DNA of 64,000 nucleotides, taken from assembly GCF_964355755.1 (NCBI RefSeq), contig NC_092670.1:22492795-22556794 (forward strand), given 5' to 3'. The notes under the pieces are model-generated. The model saw nothing but the letters and a program-made list of their open reading frames with translations. It did not search any database and was not told the DNA's origin. The translations under genes were made by a program, and so were the position numbers. Shown in pieces: positions 51,101-63,100 of this stretch (positions within the stretch are counted from its first letter, which is position 1; every line of letters starts with the position of its first letter). This DNA is from Antedon mediterranea. Taxonomy: Eukaryota; Animalia; Echinodermata.

Positions 51101-54100
51101 GAGTCGGAACAAACGTTAAAAATTCTACTGTGGAGTTTAAATTAGAACTTGGAAAAGTTGGTAGTGATGCGTGTTACCGTGTTGATTTTAAAGATGAAAC
51201 TTCAGAAGGTAATTATATCCAATATTTAGGAGCGTGCCATACTTGTAGTGATCGTTACGGAACGTTGTCCGGATCCTGCACAGAATTAGATTCCAAGTCG
51301 CTCTGGCAAACAGTTCAAAATGGTGGATCAGTAACTCAACAGCTTGAAAATAAGTTCATGACTCCAAATGTATATCAGATTGAGTTTGTCGCATTTAACT
51401 ATGCTTCTTATATAATGCAAAATTTCACACAAGTTATCACAAGACTGCCATGTTTTTTCCCGAATGTTACCGTAGCAGATCTGAACGCTTGTACTGATAA
51501 TTTTTTGTGTAATTTATTGACGCAAAACCGACAATATTTAGCCTCGGTCGACATTTTCGTATTTGCTGAAGTTGTTCTGGATTGTAAATCAACCAAGTTT
51601 GCTGATTTTACTTGGGAAGTTTATAAAAAAAATGATAGGAAAGAAGAGAAGTATACTTTACCAGAAAACATTAAAACGACAAATATTGGATTGAGCGAAT
51701 TGGTAATCCCGGCCAAGACGCTTTCTTATGGAACGTACAGATTTTCTTTGACAGTTACAATGCTTGGCAATGAAATAGGATTAGTTACTACGGATTCAAC
51801 AACTATCGAAATAATTCCAACGTCCCTTCATATTGGGATAAACTATGGAACATTTAGGAGCATTGGCTGGAACAAGTTGATAATGTTAGATGCAAGTGAG
51901 CTGACCTATGACCCTGATATTGATGAAATGGATAAAAGTGGAATGAACTTTACATGGCTATGTCGTCGCAAGACTTATAAAATGGAAAATACAGTGATAG
52001 AGAACATAGAAATGTTTCAACAATGGGATGAAGAGTTTAAAGTATTTATTGCCGAATCATCCAGCAACAATGCATTTAACAGTTATAAAGAAGTTGATGA
52101 TACTGGAGGGTGTTTTGGAAGATTTGGAGATGCCAATGGCCATGTGCCAGGAGGTACGTGTGTATGTATACATGCTTGTTAATATTTTGCAAGCTAGTAT
52201 GGCTAATCAATGCCTCTTTTTAATACAATATTTTTTAATGTTATTGAATATTGTTTTAAAGCCTTGATTCTGAATAAATAAGTTCTCAAATTAACTCAAC
52301 GATCTGTAGTTAAGATACTTGAACAATTGCAGACTTCCACTCCACATCACATAACGATGTTTTCTTCTTTTAAACTGTAGGAGTGTTAAATGTAAGTGGG
52401 CCTGTTGTAACCATTGATTCATACGGAATGTACTGGGATATGGAATATGAGGTTTGGTTGACAGTTTGGAAGAAGGACCGTTCAGCTACATTTAAACAAA
52501 TTCTTGATGTTCATGAAGGCACACCCCCAGATGTTGAGTTGAGGTTTGCTATTGTTTCATTAGAATGTAGGCCTACACATTTAAATGTAATAAGCTGTTA
52601 TTGATATATTTATCAGTATTTTTCATATGAAATGCTTGATTTAATAGATTACCAACAAATAAACATAAACAAATGATTTCACTTTTCACAGAGACAATAT
52701 ATATTTAAGAAAAAGACTAAAACAGTTGTATCTGATATGTCAGAATTATAGTCTTTCTTTACTATTTTTAAAATTGTTTTTAACTAATTTATTTAATTGT
52801 TTGCAGTTGCAAATTGAATTGTAAGATTAAAAAGAATCCAACAAATAGGCTATCTATTGAAGCCAAAGAGAAAGATGCAAAAAGAGGAATTATTTTGTAC
52901 TACAGGTAAGATAATGTAATCACAATTTATGACAGTTTAAAGCATTATGTCTTACTGTCGCACATAGTGTAATTGGAGGTATTGGTGTTGGAAAGCCTGG
53001 ACTCTCTGTCTTTACTTTCTAATCCTTGACTCATAACAAACTTAATTCCTTCACTCACACTCAAATAATCAGCAACTATCACACACTTCTCAACCAATCA
53101 ACAACTATCACACACTTCTCAACCAATCAGCAACTATCACACAATTCTCAATCAATCAACAACTATCATACACTTCTTCTCTCACACTTCTCAACCAATC
53201 GGCAACTATCACACACTTCTCAACCAATCAGCACATATTACACACTTCTTCTTTCACACTTCTTAACCAAACAGAAACTATCACACACTTCTCAACCAAT
53301 CAGCAACTATCACACACTTTTCAACCATCAACAACTATCACACACTTCTTTTCTCACACTTCTCAACCAATCAGCAACTATCACACACTTCTTCTTTCAC
53401 ACTTCTTAACCAAACAGAAACAATATAATCACACACTTCTCAACCGATCAGCAACTATCACACACTTTTCAACCATCAACAACTATCACACACTTCTTCT
53501 TTCATACTTCACAACCAATCAGCAACTATCAGATACTTCACAACCAATCAGCAACTATCAGACACTTCTCAACCAATCAGCAACTATCACACATTTCTCA
53601 ACCAATCAGCAACTATAACACACGTCTTCTCTCACACTTCTCAACCAATCAGCAACTATCACACACTTCTTCTCTCATACTTCTCAACCAATCAGCAACT
53701 ATCACACACTTCTCAATTAATCTGCAACTATCACACACTTCTCAACCAATTAGCAACTATCACACACTTTTTCTCTCACACTTCTCAATCAATCAGCAAC
53801 TATCACACATGTCTCAATCAATCAGAAACTATCACATACTTCTCAACCAATCAGCAACTATCACACACTTCTTCTCTCACATTTTTCAACCAATCCGCAA
53901 CTATCACACACTTCTCTCACATGCCTTTTGCTCCCATTTACATACTCTGTGTCAATAACTACTTTAGTTTAGAACATCTCTAATAGATCAAATGAAAAAA
54001 CTCAAGTTGATGTTACAGAATGAGTATCAAGAGAAAAAACAATAAAGCAATAATAACATGCCATGTATTTCTTCATGCACCAACAAGCACCAAAATAAAT

Positions 54101-57100
54101 TAACCAGGACAGAACGAAAATAAATAAACTTGCTAGTCATTTTGGTTATTTTCTTTTAAAGGTGGCAATTGTTTATGTTCCAAACAAGTTATCTAGAAAT
54201 AGAACAAGATATTCTGATGTCTTACGCAACTACAGGCATAGACGTTGCAAATCTATCTCTCGAACCAGGAATTTTTCTTGAAAATACAAAATATCGTATT
54301 CACCTGACGGTGTCAAGAAATGCTGATTTAAAGAATGCAGGTAACTAATTTGTTTTATTATGATTTAATATATTAATTATTAAATAAATATCATATTAAA
54401 AAGTCCTGCTTTTCATAAAATTCCAAGTATGATCATCCTAATTTTATGTGAAATTGGACCTTACACATTTATTTGTATGTAGCAAAAGCAGTCTTTTAAT
54501 AGAAACTAATATATTGTGTATGAAAGGAACTACCCAAGGTTTTAGAGTATACTGTTTCATGTAAAATCTTGAGTCGTTTTGAAGATAGAATTAACACTAT
54601 GTATTACAGATTTCTAATAAAAGTGCTTTTGCTAAATACAAATGAATGTGTAATGCTTAAATAATTTTGTGAAGTCAAATTTGGTTTCATTGTAAATTTA
54701 GAGATATTTTAAAGGATGCAGTATCTTCAAAAGTACCACACAAAATAAATAAGTAATTCTAAGACCAAAACTGCTATAACTTAAAGGTAAAGAGAGGCTT
54801 ACAATTCTTTTGTTAAACTTTTTTTCCTTTTAGGGTTAAGTAAATTGGATTTTGATACCAATGACACACCTGTAAAAGGAGAATGCCAAGTGAATCCTTT
54901 GACTGGTGTTGAATCCGTTACAGACTTCATCATAAGTTGCTCAAACTATAAAGACAATGATATTCCGCTTGTTTACCAATACTCTATTAGACAAGACAAT
55001 ACAACTAATTGGGCTATTATTTATAGTGGTAAGTAGAGTCTTATACCAATTTTACATCACCTTTTAAAACTTACAAAATGCCAATGTTGTATGTAAATTC
55101 TGGATTGAACTTGCCTAGATGATTGAAAAACATCTTCGTCATTAAATTCAATGGTGTACTATATGGTACCACTCTTGGTTTAGGCATCTGCTTGTAAAAA
55201 TAATCTATAAAATTTAATATAGTTCCATATTAACACCTAATTTATTTTTATCTTAGGTTATGAAACGGTGTCAAATGCTGCTCAGTTTCCTGCTGGACTG
55301 GAGTCTAATAACTACAATGTGACGATCCGTGTCAGAGTTACTGACAGTTTTGGTTCTTACATTGAAGATGAATCGATCTCCGTACAAGTATGTTTAGTGA
55401 ATTGTTTATTCATTATTGTTTATATTGAAATATTATTCATTACTGCACTTTGGTATAAGCCCACCATAAGATAGAAATGGAATGCAAATTGATGCAAACT
55501 CTCACATGGTGTTTATAGGCCAGCATAACATTTCAGAGTTGTGCTATACTACTCTATAAATGTACACTTGTTATTTAATACACAGGTAAAACCAAGCTTA
55601 TGTAGTTACGAAATGATCTCCGACAAATATGACGAAGTTGTTGATTCTGTGGCATCACTGGCAGCAACTGGAGGGTTTGGTTCTGTCTGCAATGCAGCTA
55701 TTTCAATATCGGGGTTTTTAAATCGCTGTACTAAAATGGCAGGTACAAGTGCAGAAATAATAAAGACACCACATAATTACAGTGTTATATGTACTTTATC
55801 TGGGAAATAACCAAACGAATAGATTTTTCTATAAATTTCTGTCTGTCATTTCTTTGGGTGTCCGTCTATAATTTATCTTTTATGGTGCGTTATACTGGTT
55901 TTGCTAAGCTCTGTTTGGGTTGCCATAGTAGCACATCTGAAATTACCTCTTCTTTGCTGTGCTGGAATCAGTGCCCTGCAAATTTAATCTTCATGTATCA
56001 CTGTATTGGAACTAAACCACAATCCAATTTTTCTATGTTGCTATTGAACTACTACACTGTATCTCTTCATTTTTCTCAGATTTTCAAGCTTGATTTCAAA
56101 CTTACTTGACCACATTTTTGCATTTGTTCGTCCTATTTTGTCTTTTTGTAGAAGAGGAATATGTAGTGAACAATACCATCATGGAGATGCAAGCGTCAAT
56201 ACGGGAACAGCTCCTAAATTCAATGTCCAGCTTGACTCCAGCTTACACTCTGAGTTCAATGAACCAGATGGCTTCAGCATTGGATCAACTTACCCAGTAT
56301 ATAGACCAAATTACCTTAGAAGCAATGGTAAAGCTCTGTCAACAATATCAAACTTTTTGTGACAAAAATTGGGATGCGCCTATATATGGACACGATGACA
56401 TCATATCACTACCATATTTGGGCACTTCACACTTGTTTTGTCAAACTAGTTTGATATAGTGTAGACAGAGCCTAAGGAAACAGTTTTCCAGCCTACCTAA
56501 TGTACAAATACACATATACCACTATTATCTGTACTGTCATATGCAGGGTCATATGGCATGCATAGGCAATCTGAAATACAGTGTCACATTAGTTGACTGT
56601 ATTATTAAAAACACTTCATGTGGTTTTTATTACTAATATTTTATTGATTCATGTTCATTTTTGCAGCAATTTCTGGAATATTTAGTTAGTACTTTTGTTG
56701 AAACTTTGAGGTTTGTTGTGGGCGTGTCAGCTGAAGAGTTGGAAGAATCTGCTAAGTTAGCTTTCTATTCCTTAGGTATGTTAAGTTAAGAGTTCACTCT
56801 TCCCTGGTTGTACGTTGTTCAGTCAAGTGTATAATTAAGGGTGTAAAGGGTGGCTAGAAAAAACGATATTAATATAAAATTTCTAAACTGAATTTAAATT
56901 TATAAAAGTAATACATTTTGTTTTCCTATGTTTGTGCAGGACGATTACAAAACAGTAAAAATGTAAGTGTCTTCATTTAATGTTTTTGTAATGTATATTT
57001 ACTTTATAACAGAGATCAACATATGAAATAAAATGCTTAATAATATTTAAGTTAAAGCTCCTGCCTTTTAAAGCTCTGACTAGACTATCAAACTAGTTTG

Positions 57101-60100
57101 ACAAAAAAAGTGTGATGGTAATATGGTAATAGTATGACATCATTTTTCCATATATGGGCACACCACATTTTTTTTTGTCACATAAAGTTTGATAGTGTAG
57201 ACAGAGCTTTACAATAGCTATCCAAGTTTCTATTTTTATTTCGTTGTATTAGTCAAATGACACTGGGTCAAAGGTTATTCAATACATGACAGACAGTGTC
57301 ACAAAGCTGATGGTCACAGGGCAGAATGATGTCAAGATCTCATCTCAGACTGTGGCAGTTACAGTTTCAAAAGTCTTCACTTTGGCTATATTAAATGGTA
57401 TTTCTATTTTGTATAATTTTTAGAATTATATGTTTTTTGTAATGAACATGAGTTTTCTTACTAATTAAATTATCTATTGTATGTAGTATTAGACCAGAAA
57501 AATAATATTATTTATATGAAGTACATCCAAATGATAGACCTCTATTACTTTTTATTCTACATATATGTCCATATTTCTTCTACAGTGGGTTGGTCACCAG
57601 CTCGAACACTACTCCTCTAAACTGAAGTACATGAAAATAACATTTAAAGAAGTTGTTAAGGACACTTAACTTTCATACAGAGAGACCCGGGTTCAACTCC
57701 CGACAACTCCCAGTCTACTCAGCTGTAAATTAGTACCTGGGTGAAAATACTAGGGAGGATAAGGCAACATGGAAATGAACTGGCCACCCTACCACATAAT
57801 GCTAGGCTTAAGTAAAATTAGCTCCTAATAGCTGATTACCCTATGTTCAGAATTTAATATGGGACCTTTATAGGTTTGTAACAACAGTAATTTTGTGTCT
57901 TTATAATGGAATTGATAATAATGTTATATTATTATACAGGGACAGAACCATTCTCAGATCAGAATAACAAACCAATTATGAAGATTCCAGATGTTCAAGA
58001 TTTGTTTGGTATAAGTAATGACTCATCAACGGAATTACAAGTACAGGTATTTGAATGTAAAGGCTAGGTCTACTAGCAAACTTGACCAATTTTTTGTTTA
58101 ACTCTAGAGTTTGCTTGATATTGTAGCAAACATTAGTCGGAGATTGCTCAAGTTTGCAAACAAAAATGTGCCACTGTAGACTATGTTTTACTGTTAATTA
58201 TTTTGACTCTATCACAATTGCCCTTATACAAAATAGAATATAATACTAAACTAACTTTTACTTAGGTTATTGCAAGAACTAACAACCCATACCCGCTAGA
58301 CAACTCAAGTGTTGAACTTGGGTCAATGATAAGTCTAGACATGAAGAACGACACAGGTCAAACCGTCATTCCAGCTCATCCTGATGTGCCTATAGAGTTT
58401 ATGATCCAGTTACATTTAGATAACTCAAGCCAGAACGCAAGCAGTCTCATGGAAGATGTTTACAGCTATGAGGAGTCTGAAAATGGCCTGTTATCTTGCA
58501 AAAATCTAGATGGTATATATAGATATATTTAATTTGATTCAAATTGTTGACAGTGTCGATCTAAGTGGCTGAGGCATGGACTAGCTGCTGCAAACCATAG
58601 CTATAAAATTGGCATAGATTAAGATTAAGATTACTATAGTTTTGGTGGTCATACAAGTCCTCTTAGAAGGTCTGAAGATCCAGTGTACACATTTGGCTTA
58701 AGGAACCCAGTATACCTGCATCTAAAAAGTAGCGGATTACCCTGCTACTGGCCCATATGTCTGCATCTATCGCTGTGGATAGGTAAAACTGGATCCTAAA
58801 TGCAAAGAAAGATTAAAGTTGTTGCGTTTTTAGAAAGGCGATTATTGTATCCATTATCCATTTTTTGAATTCAATAAAAACAATTTTTTTTTCAGATATA
58901 CAGAAGTATTCAGCTGTGGTTGTGGAGGTAACAGCACACAGCAATGATGACATGCTACCTAACATAACTTACCAATATGACATTGAGGTGTTCTTGAAGG
59001 TCAATGGTACTGCTTCTGAAGGCAAGATTGTTTTCACTTCTTTTTGATTAATTATGCAATATACTGTAGTGCTAGGGTAATTTTCATTGAATGCGTATCA
59101 CTTCACTAAACTATTTTTTTCTTTGTAATTTGGAGATTATTTGAAGATTCTATAACCAAAATTGGGAAAAAAATGTGTGATATTATTTTGTTTAGACCAG
59201 AGCACTCACTGGCAAAACTCATGAACAATCTAATGCAACTAACTAGCAGTGGGGTCCCTTAGGAGTGCTAAAGTCTTTGTCCCCTGCAATACACCACTGT
59301 GTAATATTCTTTTGTTTTGATTTTTAGATGATTATGATCTAAGCTGTACGTTATCGCAGCTTTTAACAACACATAACAAGACTGCGAATGAATTTTATCC
59401 TAATATACCGTGGAACAAGACATTGCTATCAACTGTAGAAGGCGAGACCTTATGTTTATTTTCAAATAACATGCTTTCAAAGTGAGTATAACACATACCG
59501 CACTCACTGCGGGATGTCATACCACATTGTTAGGTTGAGATAGGGTGAAGGTCACACATATTGCACTCAGTGTGGGACGCCATACCACATTGTTAGGTTG
59601 AGATAGGGTGAATGTCACACATATCGCACTCACTGTGGGACGTCATACCACATTGTTAGGTTGAGATAGAGTGAATGTCACACATATCGCACTCACTGTG
59701 GGATGTCATACCACATTGTTAGGTTGAGATAGGGTGAATGACACACATATCGCACTCACTGTGGGCCGTCATACCACATTGTTAGGTTGAGATAGGGTGA
59801 ATGACACACATATCGCACTCACTGTGGGACGTCATACCACATTGTTAGGTTGAGATAGGGTGAATGACACACATATCGCACTCACTGTGGGATGTCATAC
59901 CACATTGTTAGGTTTAGATAGGGTGAATGTCACACATATCGCACTCACTGTGGGATGTCATACCACATTGTTAGGTTGAGATAGGGTGAATGACACACAT
60001 ATCGCACTCACTGTGGGCCGTCATACCACATTGTTAGGTTGAGATAGGGTGAATGACATACATATCGCACTCACTGTGGGATGTCATACCGCATTGTTAG

Positions 60101-63100
60101 GTGGAAATAGGGTGAATGTCACACATATCGCACTCACTGTGGGATGTCATACCACATTGTTAGGTTGAGATAGGGTGAATGTCACACATATCGCACTCAC
60201 TGTGGGATGTCATACCACATTGTTAGGTTGAGATAGGGTGAATGTCACACATATCGCACTCACTGTGGGACGTCATACCACATTGTTAGGTTGAGATAGG
60301 GTGAATGTCACACATATCGCACTCACTGTGGGATGTCATACCACATTGTTAGGTTGAGATAGGGTGAATGTCACACATATCGCACTCACTGTGGGACGTC
60401 ATACCACATTGTTAGGTTGAGATAGGGTGAATGTCACACATATCGCACTCACTGTGGGACGTCATACCACATTGTTAGGTTGAGATAGGGTGAATGTCAC
60501 ACATATTGCACTCACTGTGGGATGTCATACCACATTGTTAGGTTGAGATAGGGTGAATGTCACACATATCGCACTCACTGTGGGACGTCATACCACATTG
60601 TTAGGTTGAGATAGGGTGAATGTCACACATATCGCACTCACTGTGAGACGTCATACCACATTGTTAGGTTGAGATAGGGTGAATGTCACACATATCGCAC
60701 TCACTGTGGGACGTCATACCACATTGTTAGGTTGAGATAGGATGAATGTAAAGCACTCACAGTGGGACGAGACACATACTATGGAATATCATACTACAGC
60801 TTGTTTATTGACATATACTTCTACAGATACATATACTCGACAGGGAGTGTATCAGTTTGTGTGAGAAATAATGCTCAAATGATGAGTTACTCGGCCTCTG
60901 AAGAACCATCAGTATTGAGGTTTCTTATGGGATTGTATACATCAGCATGCTATTACAGAACTGGAGATACTTGGAATCAAGAAGGATGTGAAGTAAGTAT
61001 TCAATTTTTGAATTTTGAAGCCAATGAAGTGGTTTTTGTTATTCATCCCATAACATCTCCACAAACTTTTTTAATTACCTTAAATATTTCATATGCATCC
61101 AACAGTGAGAAACTTGCCAATTACATGATGGATAAATTATTTAATAATATATCGTGCTTATAAACTAAGTCTCATTTGAGGCTTAGGGAGTGGAGTTGAA
61201 AGAGTTGTGAGTTACAACCCTGGCACTAGATTAGTTCAGCACTAAAACCCCGGACCTTGAGATTGGAAGGAAAGCATGTTAACCACTTATTTATGACTAT
61301 TATACATACATGTGTACCATTGCATCCATAGGATAAGATTCATTTTAGTTTTATGTGATCATAGGTTGGAAATAAAACAACAGTTGATCAAACACAGTGC
61401 TTCTGTCTGCTTATTCCCCCGGAAACATCATATGAAGAGACTACACCAATGCGTAGACGACGATCCACAGAGGGCATTGAAGACTTGCAGAGTGATGTAG
61501 CAACCTTCAGTGGAGGACTGGCTGTGTCTTTTAACAAAATTGAATTGACAGTAGGCCTAAACCAACTGGCAGAGAACCCTACAGTGTTTGCATTTATGCT
61601 CAGCTGTATCTGCTTTTATTTTGTGGTGATATTCTGGGCTAGAAAAGAAGATAAAAGAGATATGATTAAAGTAAGATACTCATGTGTAACAATTGAGAAT
61701 GAAATATATGGCCTACTGATCTAGACCTATTGTAACAAAACAACTTATTCGTCTGCAGGGATTTTGTTTAGTAATGTAAATTTGTTGACAGTAAGGTCAG
61801 CATGATAACTCTACAATTTCAATGAAAGTACACCATGTTCACTTTATTGAGTAGCTAGCTAATCTACATTTTCCATTTATATACTACTTATCGAAGATTA
61901 GTTTATTAGAATGTGCGTTATTCTGTACAATTGTATGAATTATTATTTTCCATTACAGGCCGGTGTTTGTCCAATGATTGACAACAATCCTTGTGATTAC
62001 TACAACTACGAAGTTACTTTTTTCACCGGTGTACGAATGGGGTCAGGTACAACAGCAAATGTGTTTTTTATTTTGAACGGTGAACAAGGTCAAACAGAGA
62101 TTCGAGCTGTCAAAGATAAAAAGCGTTTGATACTCCAACGAAGCAGCATAGATTCCTTTGTAATGGCAGTGCCTCGTAGTCTTGGAACTCTGGTACATCT
62201 TCGAATATGGCATGATAATTCCGGGAACGCTAAGTGGTTTTTGAGCCGCGTACTTATTAAAGATTTGCAGACGAATCGGAGTTATTACTTTATGATTGAT
62301 AGATGGTTCTCGTTAGAACACGATGACATGCAAGTGAGTTATTACCATACGGTGTTACAACATAAGTACATGAAATCATAAATTTATTATTTATAATCAA
62401 ATTTATTTTTATGTCTATTTTAGATTGAACGAGTTATCCCAACAGCTGGTATAAGCGAAATCACCAGTTTTGGCCATTTATTCTATAGTAAAACTCGACG
62501 AAATTTAAGCGACGCTCATCTCTGGTTGTCTGTCTTCTTTCGCCCGGCAAGGAGCACATTCACTCGGTGTCAAAGAGCAACTTGCTGTCTTTCTCTTTTA
62601 TTCTGCACGATGATGGCAAACATTCTTATGTACCAAACTGATGAAGATCCTGATGCAGCACAGTCAGGAACGTTTGCAATCGGATCTTTTAAAATATCTG
62701 TCATGGAGATTACAATCGGAGTCATTAGTAGCCTTATGGTATTTCCTGTCAACATTGCTATTGTGCAGTTATTCCGGTTATCACGTCCAATTTCATTCAA
62801 TCGCAAATGTCATAGGCATAAAAAAATGAAGAGCATGTACGTTGAGAACAATAAAACCAAGGTAGAGCAAGAAATATCGCCTGAAAAAGCACCTGACAAT
62901 GGCATGAGTGGTCAAGATCCGAAGCTTACAAGTGTCGTGATTACCATAAATGAAGGCAAAAAGACCAATAAGTCAAAGAAGAGAAAACCATTGCCTTGGT
63001 GGTGTTTGTATGTTGGTTGGGTTTTATCTTTCATTACTATTGGGATTGCAATGTGGTTGACAATTGGAGTGGCAGCAAACTTTGGAGCTGAGAAAGCAGA

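Noticed and set aside
53026-53409. 127-aa His/Ser/Gln-rich ORF
   Set aside because: Translation of the CCAAT minisatellite; the flanking polycystin exons join in frame without it.
59490-60770. 63-bp array as a CRISPR array or coding repeat
   Set aside because: Units are contiguous with no unique spacers, there are no cas genes, the context is a eukaryotic intron, and the consensus has stops in all six frames.
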